A DNA stretch of 64,000 nt from an uncultured delta proteobacterium (GCA_963727445.1 CAVSGI010000008.1:256001-320000); one strand, 5' to 3'. Shown: positions 36,781 through 46,083, counted from the first letter of the stretch. Notes: generated from the sequence alone by a model not told the origin. A program made the numbers and translations.

Positions 36781-38799
36781 TCAGCTCCCGATGGGCCGGA
36801 GGGCGCCGATTGCCGCGAGAACCAGGAACGAGGCCCGCGCGCGCTCCCCGTCTCCAGCCTGTCTCTCGAGGTCGGCGAGGGTCCGCGGCTGAGAGAGCGC
36901 GAAGAGAACGGCGCGAAGGTGCGCGGGCATCAGCGGCAGCTCTCCCTCGTTGGCGATCCGCTCCACCCCGGCCTCGGCCCGCGTGAGGAGCGCCTGATCC
37001 ATCCCCGCCTGAAGGCGGCGCTTGGCCCCTGCTTCGAGGATCGACCAGGCCTCGAGGCCGAGATTGAAGACGCTCTGCGGCGCAGCGGCCTGCCGGTAGA
37101 AGGACACGGTGCCCTCCTTCCACGCGAAGACGTCGAGGAGCTGCTTCCTGGACTTGTTGGCGATGTGCCGGACCAGAAGCAGCGGCTCCACCAGACCGAG
37201 GGCGATGAGGGTGTCGCCGAGGCGGCCGTCGAAGCGGGGCATCACCGCGAGCGCCAGGTCGAGCTCCGCGCGATCGATCACGCCGACGCGCACCAGATAC
37301 TCACCGAGGAGCTCGCTGGTCTGGTTCGAGGTCACGTAGACCGGCTCGCCGTCGGAGACGTAGACCTCCTTGCGCACCGCGGCCTGCTCGCAGAGGTAGA
37401 GCCCGGTCTCCTTCTCCACGAAGGCCCGGGCGAGGACGTGGAGCAATCCGAAGCTGGGGCTCAGCGAGAACGATTCGCTGGTGGACGCCATCCGGCCGCG
37501 CTGCTCCTCGGTGGGCGTTCGCGACGACGGCGGGAGGTGACGCGAGAGCTCGGGGTGGGCGTCGAGGATCAGCGGCTCCTCGCCGTCCTTCGCCACCCGG
37601 TGCACCGGCCGGAAGCGGCCCTGCACGATCCCCTGCACCACCTGCGCGTAGGAGAGCGGTCCGATCTCGTCGTCATCGACGAGCACGACGTAGCTCGGGC
37701 CGACCGTGAGCGGATTCGGCGTCGGCGGCCTCGAATCCGCGGGGGTGAGCGGCGGGGTGATCAGGTCCGCCACCTTTGGATCGACCCCCGGCTGGCTGGC
37801 CTCCACGGTGCGGGCGAGGGAGGTGCGGTCGTAGCTGCCAGCCGCCTGCTCCCCCGAGTCGAGCACCTCGGTCACCAGCGCGCCGAGATTGTCGCGCAGC
37901 CGTTCGCGCGCCCCCATCGCGAAGGGCATCAGCTCCTCGCGGAGCTCCCTGGCCGACGCGGTGCGCTCGCCGGGCACCTTCTCGAGCGCATTGCGGAGCG
38001 CTGCGACCAGCCCGCGCGGCAAGCCGAGCGCGTGCCGCTCGAAGCGGGTGAGGTCGCAGTCCCGAATCGCCAGGAGCACCGCCAGCTCCGTGCCTCCGGT
38101 GAAGAGCGGCTGTCCCATGAGCAGCTCCGCCGTGACCACGGCCGCGGCGAAGACGTCGGCGCGCTGGTCGACGTCGGTCTTGCCGGCGACCTGCTCGGGA
38201 GCGAGATAACCGAGCTTGCCCTTGGCGCGAAGCGAGCGCCGGCCCGGGCGCTGATTTTCGCGCACCAGCGGCCGCGCGATGCCGAGGTCGCCGAGCTTCA
38301 CGTCGCCGTGCACCGACAAGAAGATGTTCGACGGGCTCACGTCGCGATGCACCGCCATCAGCGGATTGCCCTCTTTGTCTCGAACGTCGTGGACCGCTTC
38401 GAGGCCCGCGAGGAGCTCAGTCGCGATGTAGACCGCGAGGGGCACGTCGAGGCGCCGTCGATTGCGGACCAGCCAACGGCCGAGCTGCCAGAGGTCGACG
38501 CCGAAGACGTACTCCAGCACGAGGTACGGCGCGCCCTCGAACTCACCGCTGTCGAGGACCTCGACCACGTTGGGGCTGTCGATCAGCAGCCCCAGCCGCG
38601 ACTCCTCCTCGAACATCGAGAGGTACTCCTCATCCGTCAGCAGACTGGGCAGAAGCCGTTTGATCACCACCGAGCGATCGCCACCGTGCGCCTGGGCCAC
38701 GAGCGCGCGATACACCTCGGCCATGCCGCCCACCGCGATGCGATGCAGTGGCCGATAGACACCTATCTGTTCAGGCAACTCCTCCGAGCCGGCGCCCAC
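36781..38799 (-). CDS. Ser/Thr protein kinase with C-terminal GYF-like and DUF4388-like domains
   Basis: GGMAEVY, HRDVSPSN, DLG and GKLGYLAPE; 'EIGPLSY'; 'KETGLY...KEVYVSDGEP...LLGEYLV...LGDTLIALG...FAWKEG'. Confidence 0.88.
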   Translation of the reverse strand: MGAGSEELPEQIGVYRPLHRIAVGGMAEVYRALVAQAHGGDRSVVIKRLLPSLLTDEEYLSMFEEESRLGLLIDSPNVVEVLDSGEFEGAPYLVLEYVFGVDLWQLGRWLVRNRRRLDVPLAVYIATELLAGLEAVHDVRDKEGNPLMAVHRDVSPSNIFLSVHGDVKLGDLGIARPLVRENQRPGRRSLRAKGKLGYLAPEQVAGKTDVDQRADVFAAAVVTAELLMGQPLFTGGTELAVLLAIRDCDLTRFERHALGLPRGLVAALRNALEKVPGERTASARELREELMPFAMGARERLRDNLGALVTEVLDSGEQAAGSYDRTSLARTVEASQPGVDPKVADLITPPLTPADSRPPTPNPLTVGPSYVVLVDDDEIGPLSYAQVVQGIVQGRFRPVHRVAKDGEEPLILDAHPELSRHLPPSSRTPTEEQRGRMASTSESFSLSPSFGLLHVLARAFVEKETGLYLCEQAAVRKEVYVSDGEPVYVTSNQTSELLGEYLVRVGVIDRAELDLALAVMPRFDGRLGDTLIALGLVEPLLLVRHIANKSRKQLLDVFAWKEGTVSFYRQAAAPQSVFNLGLEAWSILEAGAKRRLQAGMDQALLTRAEAGVERIANEGELPLMPAHLRAVLFALSQPRTLADLERQAGDGERARASFLVLAAIGALRPIGS

Positions 38800-38819
38800 G
38801 CGCGGAGTCTAATCCGTGT

Positions 38820-39374
38820 TCAGGGTAGCTCGCAGATATTCGACCGGCAGACCCGCGGTGCCGTGCAATCGCGATCCGCCTCACATTCCACCTGGCAGGT
38901 TCCGTCGAAGGCGCAGACGTAGGGATAGGGCATGTCGGGGCAGTCGCTGTCGTAGATGCAGAGCTCGTCGAGGGGCTCGTTGCAGCCGTAGACCCCGGTG
39001 CCCATGCCGTCGACGATCTCCTCGCGGCAGACCGATCCGGGCACCGGGCAGTCGACGTCGCTGGCGCAGGTCAAGGTGCAGGTGGCGTGAACACAGCTGA
39101 AGCCTTCCGGGCATTCGGAGTTGAGGACGCAGGTCGCCTCCTCGGGGAGCTGGCAGCCGCCGCTGTTCTGCCCGGGCTCGATCAAACAGCGGAGCCCGGC
39201 GCCGCAGTCGCGCGACCGGACGCAGATCCGCCGGCAGACGCCGATCGCGCAGCCGAGCGGCGCGGCGCATTCCGAGTTGAGGGTGCAGGGCTCGGAGATG
39301 AGCTTCGGAGGCCGGGCCGCGCAGCTCGCGAAGAGCAGCAGCCCGAGGAGCGTCGCAAAGATCCTCGCTTTCAT
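38820..39374 (-). CDS. Small Cys-rich lipoprotein
   Basis: MKARIFATLLGLLLFASC; C-x-x-x-x-D/E-C repeats; TGATG overlap with the upstream gene. Confidence 0.8.
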   Translation of the reverse strand: MKARIFATLLGLLLFASCAARPPKLISEPCTLNSECAAPLGCAIGVCRRICVRSRDCGAGLRCLIEPGQNSGGCQLPEEATCVLNSECPEGFSCVHATCTLTCASDVDCPVPGSVCREEIVDGMGTGVYGCNEPLDELCIYDSDCPDMPYPYVCAFDGTCQVECEADRDCTAPRVCRSNICELP

Positions 39375-41161
39375 CACCACATCACCATCGTCGGCACGTC
39401 CGCCATGTCCATCGTGGTCCCGTCTCCATATGCAGCCTGGGCGTTGTTGCCCACACACCACGCCCTCCCGCCTCCATAGTGGGCACAGGTGTGGTCGGAG
39501 CCGGCACCGACCGAGATCGCGCCCGAGGGGAGCGCCGATGCGGCCGGTGTGTACTGATACGGGGGAAAGGTCGACGGTATGCCGAGGCGACCGAAGCTGG
39601 TCGAGCCCCAACAGTAGATCGCACCGGAAGAGAGCAGCGCACAGGTGTGCAAGTAGCCAGCCGAGATATGCGCGGCGGGCCCGGGCAGACCACCGACCAC
39701 CGTGGGATCGGGGACTGGCGTCGGCGTCGACCCGATTCCGATCTGTCCGGAGCCGTTGTCCCCGAAGCAGCGCGCGGTCCCGTCCGAGTGAACCGTGCAG
39801 GTGTGCCGGCGCCCGACGGCGACGTCGATCACGTCGGACAGCCCTGGGACCATCGTCGGCACCACGCGACTGGTGGTCGTTCCGTCTCCCAGCTCTCCGC
39901 TGTCGTTGCGGCCCCAGCAGAAGAGCGTCCGATCCACGCCGATGGCGCAGGTGTGTTGCTCGCCCGCCACAACCCGCGCCGGGGCCACACCGAGGGACGC
40001 GATCACGGGGCTCACGGAATCGACGCCGACGCTCGCCGGATCGGCGCCGAGCTGCCCCCGCGTGTTGCTCCCCCAGCAGTAGACGTCGGTGGGGCTCCAC
40101 GCGCAGCTGTGGTTGACGCCGAGAGCGAGCCCCACGGCGGTCGGGACCGCTGTGTCGATGGGCGTGGGCGTGGGATCGCCCATCGTCGTGATCGGGCGCC
40201 CCAGCTGCCCGTGGTCGTTCAACCCCCAGCAGTAGATCTGATCGGTGAGCGCGCAGCCATGATAGCCGCCGAAGGCATACGCGGTGATCGTTCCTCCTGG
40301 GATCACGATCACCGTCGGGCCATGCGGGACGAACATGCTGTCGAGCACGCCCACCTCTCCCTCGGTGGACCCGCCCCAGACCCAGAGGCTCGTTCCGTCG
40401 AAGTACGAGCCGTTTTGCACGAAGCCTCGCGCATAGGCCGGGGGATCCACGATGCCGACGCCGCCGTCCGTCCCCGTGTCCACGAGCACGTCGGTAGCGG
40501 CGTCCATGGTCCCGTCGGCGATGGCGTCCGTCGTCGCGTCCATGCCCGCATCCATCCCTGCGTCCATCCCCGCGTCCGTGAGCATGTCCGGAGGAACGCA
40601 CGAGGGCGTCGCGGCCATCGTGTCGCAGACGTTTCCGTCACGGCAGTCACGATTCGTGATGCACTCCACCCGGCAGCGAAAGTCGCGCGCGCAGACGTGC
40701 AAGGGGTTGGTGCAATCGCTGTTGAGGCGACACTCCTCCTGAGTCGGGTCGCGGCATGCACGCTCCTCGCCCTCCACGACGTCGCAGACCAACCCGGTGA
40801 TGCAGTCGCGGTCCTTCTCACACGCGATGGTGCAGGTGTTGAAGCGACAGATCAGGCCGGCCTGACAATCGCTCGTGAGGTCACACTCTCTTTCGTTGGG
40901 GAGCTGGCAGACGCCGAAGTTGCCGTCCTTCACGCAGAGCAGTCCCGCACGACAGTCGCGCGCTTCTCGACACTCCTCGCGGCACCGGCCGAAGTGGCAG
41001 ACGAAGGGGGCCGCGCACTCTGTGCTCAGCTCGCAGGGCTCGCCGTGGGCGATGGGGGGACGCTCGGCGCAACTCGTCGCGACGAGCAGAGCGAGGAGCC
41101 CACAGGCTCCGAAAAGAGCCGGCTCCCCTGGTGCAGACGTGTCGCGGCCTCCTCCTGGCAC
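39374..41161 (-). CDS. Cys-rich lipoprotein with C-terminal RCC1/BLIP-II repeats (start 41161 or 41194)
   Basis: Lipobox LVATSC; repeats HTCA...CWGxNxxGQLG. Confidence 0.88.
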   Translation of the reverse strand: MPGGGRDTSAPGEPALFGACGLLALLVATSCAERPPIAHGEPCELSTECAAPFVCHFGRCREECREARDCRAGLLCVKDGNFGVCQLPNERECDLTSDCQAGLICRFNTCTIACEKDRDCITGLVCDVVEGEERACRDPTQEECRLNSDCTNPLHVCARDFRCRVECITNRDCRDGNVCDTMAATPSCVPPDMLTDAGMDAGMDAGMDATTDAIADGTMDAATDVLVDTGTDGGVGIVDPPAYARGFVQNGSYFDGTSLWVWGGSTEGEVGVLDSMFVPHGPTVIVIPGGTITAYAFGGYHGCALTDQIYCWGLNDHGQLGRPITTMGDPTPTPIDTAVPTAVGLALGVNHSCAWSPTDVYCWGSNTRGQLGADPASVGVDSVSPVIASLGVAPARVVAGEQHTCAIGVDRTLFCWGRNDSGELGDGTTTSRVVPTMVPGLSDVIDVAVGRRHTCTVHSDGTARCFGDNGSGQIGIGSTPTPVPDPTVVGGLPGPAAHISAGYLHTCALLSSGAIYCWGSTSFGRLGIPSTFPPYQYTPAASALPSGAISVGAGSDHTCAHYGGGRAWCVGNNAQAAYGDGTTMDMADVPTMVMW

Positions 41162-41238
41162 TGATCCAGGGTAGCAACCGGGGGTCGGCGCCATGGAGGG
41201 GAATTCCTGGCGTTCGAGCGCGTAGGTCAGAGGGAAGC

Positions 41239-41340
41239 GGTGTACGAAGACTGCGCAACAGGCCTTTTCGTGCTTGAAATCACTGCAAAATTAGAAAAGA
41301 CATTTCAGGCCTTGACGGGGGTGTACGAAGCTTGCACAGT
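41239..41340 (+). promoter_or_regulatory. Putative promoter with duplicated 11-mer GGTGTACGAAG
   Basis: Copies at 41239-41249 and 41320-41330; TTGACG, 17 nt, CACAGT; AT-rich segment between the copies. Confidence 0.4.
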
Positions 41341-41373
41341 TTAGTCATCCGCTCTCACGGGATTGAGGGGTCC

Positions 41374-42012
41374 ATGAGAAGTATCTTCATCGCAGTGGTC
41401 GTGCTCTTCGCGTTCGGTTGTACGAACGAACAGGTGGGCAGCGTCAGCGCGGCCGAGACGAGCATCCAGTGCCAGGTGGATGCCGATGGCTCCTTCCCGA
41501 CGGGCGAGGAGTTCGAAGGCCACGCGAGTGACGTCGATGGGATCGAATCGATCGATTGGCGACACGTCACCGCGGACGACCTGATCTTCCTCAGTCACGC
41601 GGCGACCATCAGCTGCAACATCGATGATAGTGGGCTCAACGCCGACTTCTTCGGGTCTGGGACGGCGACCTTCGACGGAAACCCCGACTACAGTTACATC
41701 ATCTACGTCCAGGACAACCGCCCCGCGACGCAGGAGTGCACCTGCGAGGGCGACGCCGACCGCGGCCACGGTAATGACGAGGATTGCACCGACGAGGACA
41801 ACCCTGGGAGCTCCACCGGCTGCCACCGAAGCGACGAGGGTGCGGCGCACGCGAACACCCACCCGGACGAGTGCACCTGCGTGTGGATCCCCGACCCGGG
41901 GTTGCCGGCCGACGTGTACCAGATCGAGATCTTCGCTCCGGATGGCAGCCCGGCCTACTCCTTCTCCGGTAGCGTCGAGACTGGTGACGTCTCCATCGTC
42001 GAGGTGCTCTGA
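41374..42012 (+). CDS. Acidic hypothetical lipoprotein
   Basis: MRSIFIAVVVLFAFGC lipobox; GAGGGG SD; internal GHGN...DNPG Cys/His insert. Confidence 0.75.
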   Translation: MRSIFIAVVVLFAFGCTNEQVGSVSAAETSIQCQVDADGSFPTGEEFEGHASDVDGIESIDWRHVTADDLIFLSHAATISCNIDDSGLNADFFGSGTATFDGNPDYSYIIYVQDNRPATQECTCEGDADRGHGNDEDCTDEDNPGSSTGCHRSDEGAAHANTHPDECTCVWIPDPGLPADVYQIEIFAPDGSPAYSFSGSVETGDVSIVEVL

Positions 42013-42050
42013 AGCGTCGGTCTCCCCCGAACCCCTCCCCCGATCCCCCC

Positions 42051-42083
42051 ATCGGCCCGCCACTCGGCGGGCCGATGTCTTTT
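42051..42083 (+). terminator. Intrinsic terminator
   Basis: Perfect 11-bp stem ATCGGCCCGCC-ACTC-GGCGGGCCGAT followed by GTCTTTT. Confidence 0.75.
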
Positions 42084-42129
42084 CGTCCGTGCGACCCAAG
42101 AAGGCTTTCGCCCTCTGAGTCGAGCCTGC

Positions 42130-42816
42130 ATGGGTTACCGGGACGACTTGGGGGCGAAGCAGCAGGAGGCCGAACGAATCGCGCGCGAGCTGCGTGATGT
42201 TCGGCGTCAGATGAACGACATCGTGTCGCTCAGCGAGCGCGAGCGGGCGCTCGAGGGTGCACTCGAGGCGGCCTCGGTGGCGGTGGGCCGAGCGCGGGCG
42301 AAGGTCGGCCTCCCGGTCCTGTCGAAGCTCCGTGTGGCGAGCCCCTGCCACGAGCGCTGGGAGGAGATGACGGGCGACGAGCGCGTCCGGCACTGCGGGC
42401 GCTGCGACAAGGACGTCTACGACCTGTCGGCGATGACCGCCGAGGCGGCGGAGGCGCTCCTCGCGAGTCGCGGGCAGAAGCTCTGCGTGCGCTTCTACCG
42501 GCGGGCGGACGGCACGGTGATGACGGCCGACTGTCCGGTGGGAGCGCGCAAGAAGCGCATCCGGAACACTGTGCTCGGCGTTGGCGCCGCGGCGATGAGC
42601 GCCTTCGCGGGCGTGGCGGGTCTCGGCGCCGTGAGCATGGGCGAGCCCATCCCCGAACCCCTGATGGGTGAGTACGTCGCCACGCCTGACGAGATGAACG
42701 GCCCCTCCGCCCTCGCACCCACACCCACAGGTGCAGACACCGAGACCGATCCCACACTGGACCTGGCAGCCGACACGCCGAGCCCAGCGATCGACGAGCC
42801 TCGAGACGGACTTTGA
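42130..42816 (+). CDS. Hypothetical membrane protein with coiled coil and Cys-cluster (PCxxxWxxM...HCxxC) domain
   Basis: SPCHERWEEMTGDERVRHCGRCDKDVYDLS...LCVRFYRRADGTVMTADC; TM segment after it. Confidence 0.8.
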   Translation: MGYRDDLGAKQQEAERIARELRDVRRQMNDIVSLSERERALEGALEAASVAVGRARAKVGLPVLSKLRVASPCHERWEEMTGDERVRHCGRCDKDVYDLSAMTAEAAEALLASRGQKLCVRFYRRADGTVMTADCPVGARKKRIRNTVLGVGAAAMSAFAGVAGLGAVSMGEPIPEPLMGEYVATPDEMNGPSALAPTPTGADTETDPTLDLAADTPSPAIDEPRDGL

Positions 42817-42863
42817 GCCGGCGCCCTCCGATCCGTCGGCCGGGTGCTGTATCCTGTGCGTAG

Positions 42864-44663
42864 ATGCGGCTCAGCCTTCTTTTTCTCTCCTCCTTCTTCG
42901 TCATCCTCACGGCCTGCGCCAGCGGCAGCCGGCCCCCGGTCGGAGACGGAGGAAGTGGTCGAGTCTGCGGCACGGGCGAGACGATGTGCGCCGACGGATC
43001 CTGCGCGTCCACCGCGAGCGACCCCGCCAACTGCGGCGCTTGCGGAAACGCGTGCGGCGCGGGCCAGGTATGTAGCGCGGGGACGTGTGAGACCGCATGC
43101 GGCCCGGATCTGATGGCGTGTGACGGCGCCTGCCGTGACACCCGCTACGACCCCGCGAACTGCGGCAGCTGCGGCAACGCCTGCGCCGACGGCGAGCTCT
43201 GCAACATGGGCACCTGCGGCAGCAGCTGCTCGCCGCCGCTCACCGACTGCGACGGCGAGTGCGTCAGCCTCACCTCGAACCCGGCGCACTGCACCGAGTG
43301 CGGCATGGCGTGCGGCGCGGGCGAGGTCTGCACCGCCGACGGCTGTCAGGTCGGCTGCCCTTCGGGGCAGGCGGAGTGCGGCGGCGCCTGCCGCGACCTG
43401 CTGGTCGACCGCAACAACTGCGGCGCTTGCGGCAACTCGTGCGCAGCGGGCGAGCTGTGCAGCGGGGGGAGCTGCGCCGTGGCGTGCGGTGGTGGGCTCA
43501 TGGACTGCATGGGTGTCTGTCGCGACCTCACGGTCGACAACGCCAACTGCGGCGCCTGCGGCAACGCCTGCGGCATGGGTGAGGTGTGCAGCGGCAGCAC
43601 CTGCACCGTGTCCTGCGGCGGCGGGCTCACCAACTGCGGCGGCGTGTGCCGCGACCTCACCTCGGATCGCAACCACTGCGGCGGCTGCGGCATGGTCTGC
43701 GGGATGGGAGAGGTCTGCACCGACGGCGCGTGCATGGTCTCCTGCGGGCCGGGGCTCACGGACTGCGGCGGCCTCTGCCGCGATCTGATGGTCGACGGCA
43801 ACAACTGCGGCGCGTGTGGAACGGTCTGCCCGCCCGGCCAGGTCTGTGCCTCCGGCACCTGCACCGTCTCCTGCGCCTCGGGGCTCACGAACTGCAGCGG
43901 CGTCTGCCGCGATCCGACGGACGACGAGATGAACTGCGGCGGTTGCGGCATGGGCTGTGCGTCGGGTGAGACCTGCGTGAGCGGGGCCTGCACCATCGTC
44001 TGCGCGCCCGGTCAGACGCTCTGCGGGACGACCTGCACCAACACGAACAACGACCCGGCCAACTGCGGCTCCTGCGCGACCGCCTGCGGCATGAGCGAAG
44101 CGTGCGTGATGGGCTCCTGTATTCCCCTGGTCAGCTGCATGGACGTCGAGACCTTCGACACCGGCACCTGGCCCACCGCACCGTGGGTGGTCCAGTCCAC
44201 CGCCGGCGGCACAGTGGACGCCGCCTACGCCCACGACGGCGCGCGCGGGATCCGCGACCCCACGTGGTACTACCGCACCGACGTCAGCGTCGCCGCCGGG
44301 ACGCGCATCAGCATGTGGGTGCGCGGGGGCACGGGCCGCTTCTATCTGGGCTTCGACGCCACGTCGGCCGGCGCCAAGAGCTTCGTGGTCGCTTTCAACA
44401 CCAGCGACATCCGCTTCCAGAACAACGCGGGCTACGGCTACACCGAGCTCACGACCGTGTCCCAGACCTACACGACGGGACAGTGGTATCGCATGGAGAT
44501 CGAGCTGATGGCCGGCGGCATCGCCGTGGGCCGACTCTACGACCAGGATGGGACGACGCTGCTCAACAGCGTCACCCACGACTTCGGCTCCTTCGGCAGC
44601 GGCGGCATCGCGATTCGCGCCTTCAGCGGCGTCGACGGCGACACCATCAACGTCTGTCCCTGA
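42864..44663 (+). CDS. Lipoprotein with 9 Cys-rich (Stig1/myxobacterial-type) repeats and a C-terminal beta-sandwich domain
   Basis: Lipobox ILTAC; nine roughly 42-aa repeats DxxNCGxCGxxC; aromatic-rich C-terminal domain (GQWYRMEI). Confidence 0.85.
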   Translation: MRLSLLFLSSFFVILTACASGSRPPVGDGGSGRVCGTGETMCADGSCASTASDPANCGACGNACGAGQVCSAGTCETACGPDLMACDGACRDTRYDPANCGSCGNACADGELCNMGTCGSSCSPPLTDCDGECVSLTSNPAHCTECGMACGAGEVCTADGCQVGCPSGQAECGGACRDLLVDRNNCGACGNSCAAGELCSGGSCAVACGGGLMDCMGVCRDLTVDNANCGACGNACGMGEVCSGSTCTVSCGGGLTNCGGVCRDLTSDRNHCGGCGMVCGMGEVCTDGACMVSCGPGLTDCGGLCRDLMVDGNNCGACGTVCPPGQVCASGTCTVSCASGLTNCSGVCRDPTDDEMNCGGCGMGCASGETCVSGACTIVCAPGQTLCGTTCTNTNNDPANCGSCATACGMSEACVMGSCIPLVSCMDVETFDTGTWPTAPWVVQSTAGGTVDAAYAHDGARGIRDPTWYYRTDVSVAAGTRISMWVRGGTGRFYLGFDATSAGAKSFVVAFNTSDIRFQNNAGYGYTELTTVSQTYTTGQWYRMEIELMAGGIAVGRLYDQDGTTLLNSVTHDFGSFGSGGIAIRAFSGVDGDTINVCP

Positions 44664-44721
44664 GGCAGGATCTCGGGGGTTTTGGTGGCGTGAGGGCGGC
44701 GCTCGGGCTAGCCCTCTCGCC

Positions 44722-45540
44722 ATGTCGTCTCGCTTCGAAGGGAAGGTCGCGTGGATCACCGGCGGGGGCAGTGGCATCGGCAAGGCCCTCGCCCTCGAGC
44801 TCGCACGTCAGGGTGCGGACGTCGCCGTCAGCGGTCGGCGCGAGGCGCGTCTGGAGGAGGTCGCGGAGGAGATCCGCGCCCTCGGCCGGCGCGCCATCGC
44901 CGTCCCGTGTGACGTCACCGACGAGGAATCGATCGCCGACGCCGTGGAGCGTGTGGATCTCGACCTGGGCGGCATCGACGTCGCGGTGGCGAACGCCGGC
45001 TGGGCGGTCAACGGACGCATCAGCGAGATGACCGCGGACCAGTGGCGCCGTCAGCTCGACGTCAACGTGGTGGGCGTGGCGCTGACCGCCAAGCACGCCA
45101 TCCCCTACCTCGAGAAGAGCCGCGGCCGTCTCGCTCTCGTGGGGAGCATCGCCGCGTTCTTGGGGCTCGCCCAGAATGGCGCCTACGCGGCGAGCAAATG
45201 GGCGGTGCGGGCGATCGGCCAGACCCTCAGCATCGAGCTGGCTGGCACGGGAGTGAGCTGCACCACGATCCATCCCGGTTTCGTCGAGAGCGAGATCGCC
45301 CAGGTGGACAACGAGGGCGTCTACCGGGAGAAGCGAAAGGATCGCCGGCCGCAGCAGCTGATGTGGACCGCCGACGCAGCCGCCAGGACGATGGCGTCGG
45401 CCATCTACCGCCGCAAGCGCGAGCACGTCTTCACCGGCCACGGCAAGCTCGGCGCCTTCATGGGCCAACACTTTCCGGGCATCGCGGTCTTCGCGATGGG
45501 CCGAGCGAACAAGCCGAAGAAGTCACTGCCGAAGAGCTGA
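44722..45540 (+). CDS. Short-chain dehydrogenase/reductase
   Basis: TGGGSGIG, NAG, YAASK and HPGFVES. Confidence 0.93.
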   Translation: MSSRFEGKVAWITGGGSGIGKALALELARQGADVAVSGRREARLEEVAEEIRALGRRAIAVPCDVTDEESIADAVERVDLDLGGIDVAVANAGWAVNGRISEMTADQWRRQLDVNVVGVALTAKHAIPYLEKSRGRLALVGSIAAFLGLAQNGAYAASKWAVRAIGQTLSIELAGTGVSCTTIHPGFVESEIAQVDNEGVYREKRKDRRPQQLMWTADAAARTMASAIYRRKREHVFTGHGKLGAFMGQHFPGIAVFAMGRANKPKKSLPKS

Positions 45541-45597
45541 GGACGGCGTATTCTGCGCTGGGCTTGTCGCTCGAGCGGGCGGGCTTACGTCATCACC

Positions 45598-46083
45598 ATG
45601 AAGAACGTCCTGGTCGTCTATGCGAGCCGACACGGCTCGACCAAAGAGATCGCCGAGCGCATCGCGCTTCGGCTCTCCGACCACGGGCACGAGGTCACGA
45701 GCGTTCCGATCGAGGACGACCCGACACCGAGCGGCTTCGACGCGATCGTGCTGGGGAGCGCGATCTACATGGGTCACTGGCTCAAGAGCGCACGCCACTA
45801 CCTCGACGAGCACGTGGTGGAGCTTGCCCAGCGCCCCCTCTACATCTTCTCGAGCGGCCCGGTGGTCGAGGACGACGAGGCCCACGAGCCGACGGAGGTC
45901 GCCAAGCTGATCGCGACCCTCGGACCGATCGAGCACGTGCTCTTCGGCGGCAAGCTCGACACCCACCAGCTCACCTTCGGAGAGAAGCTGGTCGTGAAGT
46001 TGGTGGGCGGCCACGACGGGGACCTGCGCAGCTTCGAGATGATCGACGAGTGGGCCGACGCGGTCGCGCACGCCCTCGGTTGA
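45598..46083 (+). CDS. Flavodoxin-domain protein (HemG-like)
   Basis: VYASRHGSTKEIAERIA, GSAIYMGHW, FSSGP, FGGKL and GDLR. Confidence 0.85.
   Translation: MKNVLVVYASRHGSTKEIAERIALRLSDHGHEVTSVPIEDDPTPSGFDAIVLGSAIYMGHWLKSARHYLDEHVVELAQRPLYIFSSGPVVEDDEAHEPTEVAKLIATLGPIEHVLFGGKLDTHQLTFGEKLVVKLVGGHDGDLRSFEMIDEWADAVAHALG

Noticed and set aside
43000..44120. Repeated DNA as a CRISPR or mobile element, or CxxC repeats as heme/ferredoxin sites
   Set aside because: These are coding Cys-rich repeats in an exported lipoprotein with no CxxCH; disulfides are more plausible.
45598..46083. Assigning the symbol hemG
   Set aside because: The family match is clear, but no heme genes are adjacent and many homologues have other roles.
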